From an uncultured Myxococcales bacterium (GTDB taxonomy: Bacteria; Myxococcota_A; Polyangia; Palsa-1104; JAEUJZ01), in the NCBI GenBank assembly GCA_964554495.1, contig CAZKOY010000004.1, positions 18,128-82,127 of the forward strand: 64,000 bases of DNA, read 5' to 3'. The notes beneath the pieces were generated by a model. The model saw only the letters and a list, made by a program, of their open reading frames with translations. It was not told where the DNA came from and searched no databases. Shown here piece by piece: positions 44,597 to 54,800 of the stretch. Made by a program: the position numbers and the translations under genes. Positions within the stretch are counted from its first letter, which is position 1. Each line of letters begins with the position of its first letter.

Positions 44597-46072
44597 CTAG
44601 TAAAATGAAGCAGTGCGGCGCGTGCCGGTGTAGTCGATGTACACGCTCTGCCACTCGGTGAAGAAGTCGAGCGCCGTGGTCCCTTGCTCGCGTCCGCCGA
44701 CGCCTGTGTCTTTAAGGCCTCCGAAGGGCACCTGTGCTTCGCCACCCACGGTCGGACTGTTGACGTGCAAGATGCCGGTCTCGACCAGATCGATGTAGCG
44801 GAATACGCGGCCGACATCACGCGTGTACACCGACGACGACAGGCCATAGCTGCTGTCGTTAGCCAGGGCAAACGCATGCGCTTCGTCTTCGGCGGCTGCG
44901 ATCGAAAGCACCGGTCCAAAGATCTCTTCTTGGAAGATGCGGTGCGTGCGCTCGACGTCGCAGAACACCGTCGGGGCGACAAAGTACCCTGCTGCCAGCG
45001 CCCCATCCAGACGCGAGCCGCCCAGAAGCAGCCGCGCTTCCCGCTTGCCGATGTCCAGGTACGAAAGCACGGTCGAAAGCTGCTTGCTGTCGACGAGCGG
45101 GCCGACCTGCACGCCTGGCTCGGTGCCCGGCCCAACTTTCAAGGCGCGGGCCTTTTCGACGACGCGCTCACAGAACGTCGACAGCACCGACTTCATGACC
45201 ACCGCACGCGAGGTCGCCGTGCAGCGCTGGCCGCTGGAGTAGAACGCCCCTTGCACCGCCGCGGTCGCGGCCAGATCGAGATCGGCATCATCCAGCACGA
45301 TGATCGCGTTTTTGCCGCCCATCTCGCACTGGACTTTCTTGTTGTGCGCGGCGCCCAGGCCGTACAAGCGCTGGCCGATCTCGTTGCTGCCAGTGAAGCT
45401 GATGGCGGCGACATCGCGGTGCTTGACCAGCGCGTCGCCCAGCGAGCCACCGGGGCCGTACACGACGTTCCACACGCCCGCAGGAATGCCCGCTTCGATC
45501 AGGATCTCGGTCAGAAGGTGCGCGCACCACGGCGTGCTGGATGCGGGCTTGAACACGATGGTGTTGCCGCAGACCAAGGCCGCTGCAGCTTTCCACACTG
45601 GAATGGCCAGGGGAAAGTTCCACGGCGTGATCAGCGCCACCACGCCCAACGGAATGCGCCGCGTATAGATCAGGTTGTTGGGTAGCTCTGACGGAATCAC
45701 TTGGCCGAAGCTGCGGCGCCCTTCGCCCGCCGAAAACTCAAAGCAGTTGATGGCGCGCTGCACTTCGCCGGTCGCGTCGGCAATCGACTTGCCTTCTTCC
45801 AAGCTCAGGGCGCGGGCGACTTCTTCTTTGCGCTGACGCAGGATGTGCTGCGCGCGAAACAAGATCTCGCCACGCTTGGGAGCAGGCAGCATGCGCCACG
45901 CATAGGCCGCGGTCTTCGCCGCATGCACCGCTGTCTCGATCTCGGCCGGGCTTGAGACGACGACTTGGCCCAGGCTCTGCCCGTTTGCGGGGTTGATGTT
46001 GTCCTGCGTGCGGCCCGCGGCCGGCGCCGAAAAGGCACCACCGATGTAGTTCTGAATCAGCTGGTTTTGCAT
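44597..46072 (-). CDS. NAD(P)-dependent aldehyde dehydrogenase
   Basis: MQNQLIQNYIGG..., VQCEMGGKNAIIV (the ELGGKN-type Glu motif), FYSSGQRCTATSRAVV (catalytic Cys), FTGSNEIG. Confidence 0.9.
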   Translation of the reverse strand: MQNQLIQNYIGGAFSAPAAGRTQDNINPANGQSLGQVVVSSPAEIETAVHAAKTAAYAWRMLPAPKRGEILFRAQHILRQRKEEVARALSLEEGKSIADATGEVQRAINCFEFSAGEGRRSFGQVIPSELPNNLIYTRRIPLGVVALITPWNFPLAIPVWKAAAALVCGNTIVFKPASSTPWCAHLLTEILIEAGIPAGVWNVVYGPGGSLGDALVKHRDVAAISFTGSNEIGQRLYGLGAAHNKKVQCEMGGKNAIIVLDDADLDLAATAAVQGAFYSSGQRCTATSRAVVMKSVLSTFCERVVEKARALKVGPGTEPGVQVGPLVDSKQLSTVLSYLDIGKREARLLLGGSRLDGALAAGYFVAPTVFCDVERTHRIFQEEIFGPVLSIAAAEDEAHAFALANDSSYGLSSSVYTRDVGRVFRYIDLVETGILHVNSPTVGGEAQVPFGGLKDTGVGGREQGTTALDFFTEWQSVYIDYTGTRRTASFY

Positions 46073-46334
46073 GAAGACCTCGAAGCGAGGCACCGTACTG
46101 CGCGCTCGCTGCGACGGTCAATTGCGATCTCACGCGCCGATCTGCGCGTGGGGGCGCGACGTTTTTATCGACATGCAACGGATGTCCTACGCAGGAAGTT
46201 CGGCTCGCGGGCCAGGAGGAATCAGCGGCTGCGTGGCTGTACGTGGCGTCGGACGGTGAGCCGGGGAATGGGTTATTTGTGTTGTAACGTAAGAATATAC
46301 AGATAAAAACGACAGACTTCTGGTTCGTATGCCA

Positions 46335-47225
46335 TTAAAGCCGCAGGTCGCCGAGAAATGGCTTGAGCAGATCGACCAGCGCGCGAATGCGCGGGATATC
46401 GGACAGCACGGCGGGCACGACGACGCGAACGCCGACCTCGCGGCCGAGCACATCGGGCAAGACAGGGATCAAGGTGCCGTCCGGTACTCCCGGATCGGGC
46501 AGCATGGCGTCGGGCACCATGCAGATGCCCAGCCCAGCGAGCGCGAACTGTCGCAAGAAATGGATGTGCCGCGTGACCAGCACCGGAGCCACCGGGAAGG
46601 TCTGACCGCGCAGCGTCGTCCACTTGCGGCCGTCGTCGCCGGGGGCTTCAAAGGACATCAGGTCATGGCGAGCGAGGTCTTCGATGTTTTGCGGCGTGCC
46701 ACGGCGGCTTAGGTATTCGCGGCTGGCGATGGCCCAGATGCGGACGCGGATCAGCTCGCGCGAGACCCAGGGGCCGGGGGGCGTACTGTCGCCAAAGTGG
46801 ATGGCTACGTCGACGTTTTCGAGCAGTCCACCGATGGGGTCCTCGCTGAACTGCAGGCGGAAGCTCAGCCGTGGGTACTTGTCTCGCACAAAGGAAAGCA
46901 GCGGCGTCACCACGTGCGGCGGCAGGCCGATCGGCAAGAGCGCGCGTAGCTCACCGCCTGGCTCTGATCCCGCTTCGCGCACCGACGCCAGAAGCGCGCT
47001 GGCCTCATTCACCATCAGCCGGCCCCGGCCCGCGAGGATCTTGCCGGCTTCGGTGAGCGGTGCTCCAAGGCGCGTGCGGTCGACCAGCGGTACTCCGGCG
47101 CGGGCTTCTAGCTGATCGATCCGTCGGCGCAGGGTGGCGCGTGACATGCGCAGCGACTTCGCCGCCGTCAGAAACGACCCGGTGTCGGCCACCGCGAGAA
47201 ACGCGCGAAGCTCTTCGAGGTCCAT
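46335..47225 (-). CDS. LysR-family transcriptional regulator
   Basis: MDLEELRAFLAVADTGSFLTAAKSLRMSRATLRRRIDQLEARAGVPLVDR. ATG 47225 with RBS ggaggc. Confidence 0.85.
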   Translation of the reverse strand: MDLEELRAFLAVADTGSFLTAAKSLRMSRATLRRRIDQLEARAGVPLVDRTRLGAPLTEAGKILAGRGRLMVNEASALLASVREAGSEPGGELRALLPIGLPPHVVTPLLSFVRDKYPRLSFRLQFSEDPIGGLLENVDVAIHFGDSTPPGPWVSRELIRVRIWAIASREYLSRRGTPQNIEDLARHDLMSFEAPGDDGRKWTTLRGQTFPVAPVLVTRHIHFLRQFALAGLGICMVPDAMLPDPGVPDGTLIPVLPDVLGREVGVRVVVPAVLSDIPRIRALVDLLKPFLGDLRL

Positions 47226-47320
47226 GCTGCCTCCGTCTGGGAGCGCTGCTGCTTGAGCCGTCGCCGGCTCACAACGCACTTATGTTCACGACTTTACGAC
47301 CCTATCATTGCGTGCCGTGG

Positions 47321-47401
47321 TAACTCAATTGCGTTTCGTAATATTATAATATAAATTGCCGACATTACTGCGATGTATGAATTTATGTTGAATAATAAAC
47401 G
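47321..47401. promoter_or_regulatory. AT-rich intergenic island containing the 10-bp palindrome TATTATAATA (47342-47351)
   Basis: taactcaattgcgtttcgtaatattataatataaattgccgacattactgcgatgtatgaatttatgttgaataataaacg lies upstream of the LysR gene (minus strand). Composition contrasts sharply with the flanks. Confidence 0.3.
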
Positions 47402-47417
47402 CCGCGAGCGAGAGCGA

Positions 47418-47450
47418 TCCGACGGGCCAGAAGGGCTCGCGCCCGTCGGA
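47418..47450 (-). terminator. Hairpin downstream of the CBM9-like gene (possible terminator)
   Basis: Perfect 10-bp stem TCCGACGGGC (47418-47427) / GCCCGTCGGA (47441-47450) with a 13-nt loop. No immediate T-run on the minus strand, so its function is uncertain. Confidence 0.35.
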
Positions 47451-47473
47451 GACCTGGCGCACGACGGGGCGGG

Positions 47474-49087
47474 CTAGCCGGTCTTGCCGGTGGGGCGGGG
47501 GGCTTTGCTGGGGGGCGGCGGCGTGGTGGCTTTCGGTGTGGCCGGGGCAGCCGGCGGAGCGCCCGGCAAGCCGGGGGGCGGTGCAAGCTGCGGCGTCGGC
47601 GGCACCTTGTGGTCGTCGGAAGTGCCAGCCGGTGCGGCACTCGGCGCACCTGGGAGCGGGCCGGTGGGCACGGGCTTTGGGGGATTGGCCAGCACGGCGT
47701 TTTGCAGCACAGGTGGCAGGGTGCCCGGCGCAACCGGCGCGCTCACCGACGGTACAACGCCCTGTGCATCGGCAAAGGCGAGCTGACCGAAGCGGTTCAG
47801 CGCGTGAAAGTCACCGACCAAAGGCGGCGACCAGCCGCTGGCCACGGCCTGCCGGCCCTTGGGAAAGTCAAAGCGGAAGAAGTTGGCGCGCCAGATCGTG
47901 CCGGGGACGGGCGGCACGCCGCGCATGGTTTCCAGCTTGCCCTTGGCCGCGACAAGCGGGATGCGTAGCTCGGCATCCCAGCCCTGGTCGTCGTCGTCTC
48001 GCTGGTTCAGCGTGCCGTGGACTTGGACGGCGGTCTCGATGCCGGAATCCCATGCGTTGTCGTTGCCGCGATACACCGGCAGCCAGCTATCAAAGGTCAC
48101 GTTCTTGGGGCTGACCTGCAGCTCGATGTATGTGCGGCCGTCGCCGTCGGCATCGATGAAGGCCTCGGCGACTTCTTGGGTCCACAGCTTGTCGTCGTGC
48201 TTGTCGAGCGTGGCCCAGACATCGCTGTCTTGGAAGTGGAAGGCCAGATACAGGTTGCTGTCGTCCCACAGCGCCCGCACCGAGCCAGCTTGCGGCGACG
48301 GCGAGCCGTCCATGGTGTTGACAAAGGGGCCGCTGCTCTCGGCGGTGCTCCACGCTGGCTCGTCGAACTTGCCGTCGATCTGAAGCTTCGCGCCAGCCGG
48401 CAGCTTGCGCACCACCAAGCGACGTGGCGGCGGCGGCGCAGCGGCCAGCGTCGGAAGCTCGGCGGCGATGACGCGATTCTGGCCATCTTGGCGACCGCTT
48501 TGCACGCTGAAGCGAGCGCCGCCTTTCCACAGTCCGATCAAGATCTGCGCTTTGTCACCCGACCACGATCCGGGCAGGTTCACGCGATGGCTGTCGCGGA
48601 TGATCTCGCCTGCTTGCCAGCTTGGGACGGGGTACTTGCCGTTCATCGGCACGTGATCGGCGGTGAAGTGCGCGCGGCGGTTGCCGCTGGCGTCGGCAGA
48701 GTCGACGTGGACAAACAGCTTCCAGCCTTCGGGCGCGGGCTTTTCCACGCGGAAGTAATGGGTCAGCGTGACGAGCTTGCCCACGGCCAGCGCCTCGGCA
48801 TCGGCATCCATGCCCAGGTACACGATGCGCGCACCGTCGGGGCCGCTTAGCACGGCACCGCTGGGATAGCGCAGAGTCGGTACCTTGTCTGCTGCGACAA
48901 GCTGCGAGCGGGCTTCTTGAATCTCGGCTTCCGAGGGCTGCGCGCGATCCGGAGTCTGCTCGACGCAGGCCAGCACACACAAGCTGCCCGCCACAAGACC
49001 CAGATACGACGTAGCCGCAAACGAACAAGCTGCACGATGTCGTCGAACCATGGGTCGTGCTTGTATCGTTTTTTTGGGCCGCGGCAT
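47474..49087 (-). CDS. Lipoprotein with family-9 carbohydrate-binding-module-like (DOMON-like) domain and Pro-rich tail
   Basis: Lipobox SLCVLACVEQ. FDEPAWSTAESSGPFVNT...ALWDDSNLYLAFHFQDSDVWA...DEVAEAFIDADGDGRTYIELQVSP...WRANFFRFD resembles CBM9. The C-terminal 90 aa are Pro/Ala-rich. Confidence 0.65.
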   Translation of the reverse strand: MPRPKKTIQARPMVRRHRAACSFAATSYLGLVAGSLCVLACVEQTPDRAQPSEAEIQEARSQLVAADKVPTLRYPSGAVLSGPDGARIVYLGMDADAEALAVGKLVTLTHYFRVEKPAPEGWKLFVHVDSADASGNRRAHFTADHVPMNGKYPVPSWQAGEIIRDSHRVNLPGSWSGDKAQILIGLWKGGARFSVQSGRQDGQNRVIAAELPTLAAAPPPPRRLVVRKLPAGAKLQIDGKFDEPAWSTAESSGPFVNTMDGSPSPQAGSVRALWDDSNLYLAFHFQDSDVWATLDKHDDKLWTQEVAEAFIDADGDGRTYIELQVSPKNVTFDSWLPVYRGNDNAWDSGIETAVQVHGTLNQRDDDDQGWDAELRIPLVAAKGKLETMRGVPPVPGTIWRANFFRFDFPKGRQAVASGWSPPLVGDFHALNRFGQLAFADAQGVVPSVSAPVAPGTLPPVLQNAVLANPPKPVPTGPLPGAPSAAPAGTSDDHKVPPTPQLAPPPGLPGAPPAAPATPKATTPPPPSKAPRPTGKTG

Positions 49088-49133
49088 ACCCCCGAAGTGA
49101 ACGGCCGCGCGGTGCAGAAGGCGGCGGGCGCGG

Positions 49134-49997
49134 CTACGATTCGACGCGTCGATTGACCAAGTTGCCGATGCGGTGCGAAAGCTTCGAGGACAGGCGCGAG
49201 GTCAGCCACAGCAGCCAGGCCTCGGCGGTCACCGGCACCACCGAGCGACGGCAGCGCACAGCGCTCACGATCGACTCGGCGACCTGCTCGGGGGGGAAGT
49301 TGCGCTTGCGGTACATCTTCTGCACGCGGGCGCGAATCTTTTCGGGATCGCGACCCGGCTCGGCAGCAAAGCGCGTGGTCGAGATAATGTCCGTGTCGAT
49401 CACGCCTGGACAGATGACGCTGACGCCCATGCCCAGCGGCTCTAGTTCGTTGCGCAGCGACTCGCTTAAGCCAAAGACCGCGAACTTACTGGTGCAGTAG
49501 CCAATCGTGCGCGCCCCGCCATAGTACCCAAACGCCGACGAGACATTGACGACGTGGCCGCCCTGACCATGCGCCTTGGCTTGCTCGATCATCTTGGGCA
49601 CAAAGAAGTGGCAGCCGTGAACAACGCCCCACAGGTTGACGCCGAGCACCCACTTCCAGTCGTCTAAGCTCGTCGTCTCGATGCCGCCAGCCAGGCCAAC
49701 GCCCGCGTTATTGACCAGGATGTCGACGGCGGGAACCAGGGCATGCACGGCATCGGCAAAGGACTGCATCTGCGCGCGATCCGACACATCGACGCAGCGG
49801 CTTAGCAGCAGCCGGCCGCGCTGCTTCAGCAGGTCAGCTAGCTCAGAAAGCCCCGCCTCGTTTACGTCCGAGATGATCAGCTGAGCCCCGGCTGTGGCCA
49901 ACGCCAGCGCGGTCGCTCGTCCGATGCCACGCGCGGCGCCTGTCACCAGCGCCACGCGTCCAGAAATGTCCATGTGTCCCAGCGAAGCAAAGGGCAT
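49134..49997 (-). CDS. Short-chain dehydrogenase/reductase (SDR)
   Basis: VALVTGAARGIGRA (TGxxxGxG), NNAGV, YCTSKFAV (YxxxK). Confidence 0.9.
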   Translation of the reverse strand: MPFASLGHMDISGRVALVTGAARGIGRATALALATAGAQLIISDVNEAGLSELADLLKQRGRLLLSRCVDVSDRAQMQSFADAVHALVPAVDILVNNAGVGLAGGIETTSLDDWKWVLGVNLWGVVHGCHFFVPKMIEQAKAHGQGGHVVNVSSAFGYYGGARTIGYCTSKFAVFGLSESLRNELEPLGMGVSVICPGVIDTDIISTTRFAAEPGRDPEKIRARVQKMYRKRNFPPEQVAESIVSAVRCRRSVVPVTAEAWLLWLTSRLSSKLSHRIGNLVNRRVES

Positions 49998-50014
49998 CGG
50001 AGGCCTCCTATTTT

Positions 50015-50941
50015 CTACGCAAGACCGTCGCTGACCAGGTACTGCATGGCCAGGTCGTAGTTGTCGATGTTATTGGGGTGAAAATCGCGGCGCAGATACT
50101 GCTTTATGCCGGCGGCAAACACCTCGCGCAGGATGCCGCGGCGACCGTGTTCTTTGCGCACGCGGCGCAGCATGGACAGGTCTTTTCGAATGCGCTCCCA
50201 GCCCACTAGGCGGCGTTCTTGCCACAGCAAAAGACAGGTGCCGGCGAACCAGAACGCACCCAAGATTGCCGACGCAAAGGCCAGCCCAGCCATACGCAGG
50301 CCATAGCTCGGATTGACGTGCGCAAGCACATCGAAGGCCACCGCCTTGTGCTCGATTTCTTCCGCGGCGTGCCACAGAAGCAGGCGTCGCATCGTCGGAT
50401 CCAAGTGGTCGGTTAGCTCGTTCATGCGCAAGAAGTTGTCAGCCATGACCGCGGTGAAGTGCTCGGCGGCGGCCGTACCTGCCAGGTGCAACGACGGCGG
50501 CGTCAGCTTCTCGATGATCTGGTAACAGAGTCGCTCATACAGGTGCAGAAAGCCGCTGACGTCATAGCCCTGGCTGTTAAGCAGGCGGTTCATGCGCTCG
50601 TGCTGCTGCGCATGCCGGCCCTCTTGCGCGAAGAAGCCTTGGATCTGCGCGCGAAGCTCATCGGGCAAGTCGGCCCGCTGCAGGTAGTAATGCACGCTGC
50701 GCACAAAGAAGCGCTCACCGGCTGGGAACAGCATGCTGACACTGTTGATCAACGACGTGGCGATGACGTTGTTGAAGGCCCAGTGTCGCGGCAGTTCACC
50801 GTCGATGGCTAGCTGTGGCAAGCGCGGCTTGATCGGCCGTGCGGCGTGCGCCGCGGCACCGTCCTTCGCCGGGCTATCCATCGCCAAAGAGGGGGAGCCA
50901 TTTGCAGCATGCAGACCCGATACAGATGCGGCAGCGGTCAT
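50015..50941 (-). CDS. Predicted metal-dependent hydrolase (COG3687-type)
   Basis: LPRHWAFNNVIATSLINSVSMLFPAGERFFVRSV...FFAQEGRHAQQHERMN...LLLWHAAEEIEHKAVAFDVL. Confidence 0.7.
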   Translation of the reverse strand: MTAAASVSGLHAANGSPSLAMDSPAKDGAAAHAARPIKPRLPQLAIDGELPRHWAFNNVIATSLINSVSMLFPAGERFFVRSVHYYLQRADLPDELRAQIQGFFAQEGRHAQQHERMNRLLNSQGYDVSGFLHLYERLCYQIIEKLTPPSLHLAGTAAAEHFTAVMADNFLRMNELTDHLDPTMRRLLLWHAAEEIEHKAVAFDVLAHVNPSYGLRMAGLAFASAILGAFWFAGTCLLLWQERRLVGWERIRKDLSMLRRVRKEHGRRGILREVFAAGIKQYLRRDFHPNNIDNYDLAMQYLVSDGLA

Positions 50942-50982
50942 TGTTGACTCCTGGTCAATAAGCTCAAGCCGACGCTATCACC

Positions 50983-51003
50983 CTATTGAATGTGGGTCAA
51001 TAG
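50983..51003. promoter_or_regulatory. Candidate TetR operator: inverted repeat CTATTGA-N7-TCAATAG in the divergent intergenic region
   Basis: CTATTGA at 50983-50989 and TCAATAG at 50997-51003. An extra GGTCAATA copy lies at 50953-50960, matching 50995-51002. The site sits between the hydrolase start (50941, minus) and the TetR start (51024, plus). Confidence 0.45.
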
Positions 51004-51023
51004 CGCCGTATTGTCAGCAGGCA

Positions 51024-51836
51024 ATGGCCCGGCATCGATCTGCGAACCCCCCAGCACGCCGCAAGAAAAAGTCCGCCACCCCGCGCAAGGCAGCCAGCCG
51101 AAAGACCGCGTCTACCAAGCCATCTCGTCGAGCGGCGGCCAAGCCAGCGAGCAAAGCAGGCCAAGCGGGCAAGAAAAAGACGGCTGCCGCAAGCCGCCGA
51201 TCCGGCCGCGCAAAGCGCACGTCAGCGAACGGTAGCGCGAACAACGCGCGCACGCGCCTGATCACCGATGAACGCCGCGCCCAGCTGATCGCGCTGGGTC
51301 TTGAGCTGTTTAGCAGCCGCCCATATGACGAGGTTCACATCGCTGAGCTAGCGACCGCAGCGGGCATCTCAAAGGGCCTTCTTTATCACTATTTTCCGAC
51401 GAAGCGGGACTTCTATACAGCGGCGCTGCGACAGGCTGCGGACGGCCTGCTTGCGCAGCTTCAACCGGATCCAGATCTGCCGCCGGTTCAGCGCTTGCAA
51501 CGCGGCCTGCATCACTATCTGAGCTATGTGCAGCAGTACGGGACTTCGTATGTCGCGCTGATGCGCGGCGGGGTTGGCGCCGATCCAAGCGTTGCCGCCA
51601 TCGTCGAAGAGACGCGCGTGAACTGCATGTCGCGCTTGGTCAGCGGCATGGGGTTTGCGCCGCAGACGCTACCGCCGCTTGTGCGCATCGCGCTGCGCGC
51701 CTGGATTGGCACCGTTGAAGCGGCCAGCCTGGAATGGGTCCTGTGTCCATCGGTGCCGGCCGAGGAAGTGGTCAATCTGCTGTCGCAGCAGCTTCTGCAC
51801 CTGCTGCTTCTTTTGGGCGCGATGCCGGCGATGTAG
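51024..51836 (+). CDS. TetR-family regulator with Lys/Ala/Arg-rich N-terminal extension
   Basis: HTH: RRAQLIALGLELFSSRPYDEVHIAELATAAGISKGLLYHYFPTKRDFY. ATG 51024 is in frame with track ORF 50733-51836. Confidence 0.85.
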   Translation: MARHRSANPPARRKKKSATPRKAASRKTASTKPSRRAAAKPASKAGQAGKKKTAAASRRSGRAKRTSANGSANNARTRLITDERRAQLIALGLELFSSRPYDEVHIAELATAAGISKGLLYHYFPTKRDFYTAALRQAADGLLAQLQPDPDLPPVQRLQRGLHHYLSYVQQYGTSYVALMRGGVGADPSVAAIVEETRVNCMSRLVSGMGFAPQTLPPLVRIALRAWIGTVEAASLEWVLCPSVPAEEVVNLLSQQLLHLLLLLGAMPAM

Positions 51837-51865
51837 TGCGTGCGCGAAAAGCCGATCCAGCCGGG

Positions 51866-54800
51866 CTACGAAGCCCAGACGTCCTGCAGGTAACGACCTT
51901 CGCTCTTCCAGCCTTCCAGGACGGCATCGGCATCGGCAAGCGAGCAGCCACGGGCCTTGGCAACAAGCTGCGCCAGCGTGTGCTGCACATCGGTCGCCAT
52001 CTTGCGCGCATCCCCACAGACATAGATGGCCGCGCCCTGGTCCAAAAGCGCCAGCACTCGGTCGGCGTGCTGCCGCAGCAGATCCTGCACGTACATGCGA
52101 GGGTGATCGGGCTGGCGCGAAAACGCGATGTATAGCTGATCCAGCGAGCCGTCTTTCAGGTGCTGCTCTAGCTCATAGCGATAGATGAAGTCGTGATCGG
52201 GGCGACGGCAGCCGAAGAACAGCACGGTCTTGCCGACGTTTTCGCCGGCCTGCCGCTGTGCCGCGCGTTCCTGGATGAAGCCGCGCATGGGCGCCAGGCC
52301 TGTACCCGGCCCAATCAGCAAGACCGGTGTCTTGGCGTCGACGGGCAAACGGAAGGTCGAGCGCGTGTCCTTGACCAGCATGCGAATCTGCGAGCCGGCT
52401 GGGCAGTGCAAAAGATAGTGACTGCACAGGCCTTCGCGGCGCGCCTCGTGCGGGCCGTTGAAGTTGTGTACACCGACGGTAATGCTGCAGGCGCGAGCGA
52501 GCATGCGCGGCGATGACGAGATCGAGTAGTAGCGCGGCTTGAGCAAGGGCCGCAGCGACAAGAGCAGCGGCAGCGGGCAGTGTACCGACGCAAAGCGCAG
52601 CAGCACATCGAGCAGCGTCAGCTTCTGGCCCAGCACATCGCGGCCAAAGGTGGCTTCCGATGCCAGATCCAAAAGCTGCTTCTGTTCGGGCGGGCAGGGG
52701 CAGCCTTCGGCGAGTGCGCGCAGCTCTTTGCGCGACAGCGGACCGCTGAGATCGATGTGATAGGTCAAAAGGTCGTGGACGGTGATCGGCACGCCGGTTG
52801 GCAGGTGTGCCGAGTCCCCCACGCTCGTTGGATGCAGCGGCGAGACCTCATGCAGCACGACGACATCTGAGCTGCGTACGCCACAGCGAGCCGCAACGGC
52901 TGCCACTAGATCGTGTGGATTTTCGGGAAAGACGCCCAGGTGATCACCCGCTGCGTACGTGACACCTTCGGGCAGCTCGATCTCGATGTGTCGCGTCGAG
53001 CGATCGGACAGGCTGGACTGCAGCTCTTCGTTGCGCAGGATGACGCCCAGGCGAGCTTCGTCTTGCAGTGGGAATTTGTTGGGCAGGACCGCACGGGCCT
53101 GCGTGCCTGCGAAGTTCACGACCTCGACGGAATACAAAAGCGGGCTGGTCTCGGGCGCTGGTGGCGGTGGGCTGCCAGCGGAAAAGATCGTCGGCACCGT
53201 GCGGAAAAGCTGCTGCTGCCAGGCGTCGGCTGCCGCTTCGAGATCGCCGTCGGCATCGCAGCTTCCAAGCGGCATAAATGGCGTCGCTCCCAGCGCACAC
53301 AGACGAGCATGCACGTGCTTGGGAAACTTCTGAAAGGTGGTGCGCCACTGCTTGTTGCCGCAGCCCAGCACCGCATACTGCAGCCCCTGCAAGGGACTGC
53401 CCGCGAGCGTGAGATCCGAGATCAGTGCGGCAAACTTCTGCGCGTTGTCCGGTGGTGTTCCGTTGTACGTGCTGCTGACGATGACCAGGGGCGCTGCGCC
53501 GATCTTGGCCAGGGCATCCAGCGAAGAAAAGGCGTCTAGATCCGCGAGCACAGGCGCAAACCCGCGAGCCGTTGCTTGTCGCGCAATGCCCTGGGCCAGA
53601 TCCTGACAGGTGCCCATGTTCGATCCGTACAAGACATAGAAAGGCGGGCCGCTGGTCGTCCTTCCAGTCTGCGTATCGACGGGAGCGTCGCGCTGTTCCG
53701 GCGTGGGGAAGGCGCCTTTTTCTTCGCCGCGCGGCTCTAGGAAGAGCTGCAGATCTTTGGGCTTGATGGTCAGCGTCTGGACATGGACCAGCTGATAGTT
53801 GGGGTCGTGCAGCCGCGGCCGATAGCGCTGATACAAAAGCGCAAGGACCAAGCGCGCTTCCAACAGCGCGAACTGAAAGCCGATGCAGCTACGCATGCCC
53901 AGGCCGAAGGGATGATAGACATTGGGGTGCCGCGCAGCGACGGAGTCGGGTAAGAATCGATCGGGATCAAAGCGCTCGGCATCGGGGCCCCAGTGCTGCG
54001 GATGACGATGCAGTGCGGTCAGCAGCGTGACGACGCGCTGGCCTTTGCTGACCGGATACATTCCCGCCAGCATGGTGTCGCGATCGACGACTTTGTTGAA
54101 CGCAGGCGCCGTCGGATATAGCCGCAGCGTCTCTTTCAGCACGCGCCCGACATAGTCCAGGCGTTCGATGTCCTGGTACGTCGGGCGATAGCTGAAGTCA
54201 CGGCCCAGTACACGATCGACCTCGGCACACAGCGCGGCTTCGATCTGCGGGTGACGGCTGATCAGATACAGCGCATAGGACAGAAGGCCGCTTGTGGTCT
54301 CGTGGCCAGCGATGAGGAACGTGATCAGCTGATGGCGAATGTTTTCGTCGGGCAGACGCTTGCCGGTCATGCGATCGCGCGCCGTCAACATCGTCTGCAA
54401 GATGTCGTTGGGCACAGGCTCGCCGCGCTCAAGGGCCTGCTTGCGCTCGGCGATGATGCGATCGACCGTGCCGGCAAGGACGGTGTTGGCGCGCTCGCGG
54501 CGGTGCGCGGCCAGTGGATGAAACGATGCAGGCAGCACGGTCATCGGGGCCTGCATGGCGTCGCGCAGCACTTCGACCATGGCGTCGACAAACGGGATGG
54601 CTTCGTTGCTTTCCAGGCAGTGAAAGCGAGTATTAAAGCCGGTATAGGCGATGGTCTCGAACGTCATGCGCGTCATCAGATCCGTCGCTAAGAACGGCTC
54701 GGATGCACGCAAGCGGCCAAGCTGGGCCAGCAGCACATCGGCGATCTCAAGCATCTTGGGGTAGTACTGCTTGAGCGCGCTGGTTCCCATGGTGGGCAGC

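Noticed and set aside
44684-45685. 333-aa plus-strand ORF
   Set aside because: It is antisense to the aldehyde dehydrogenase, whose catalytic Glu and Cys motifs are intact on the minus strand.
46173-46188. AGGACATCCGTTGCAT (minus strand) upstream of the aldehyde dehydrogenase as a sigma-54 promoter
   Set aside because: The GG-to-GC spacing is one nucleotide short of the strict -24/-12 distance, and the -24 element reads GGAC rather than GGCA.
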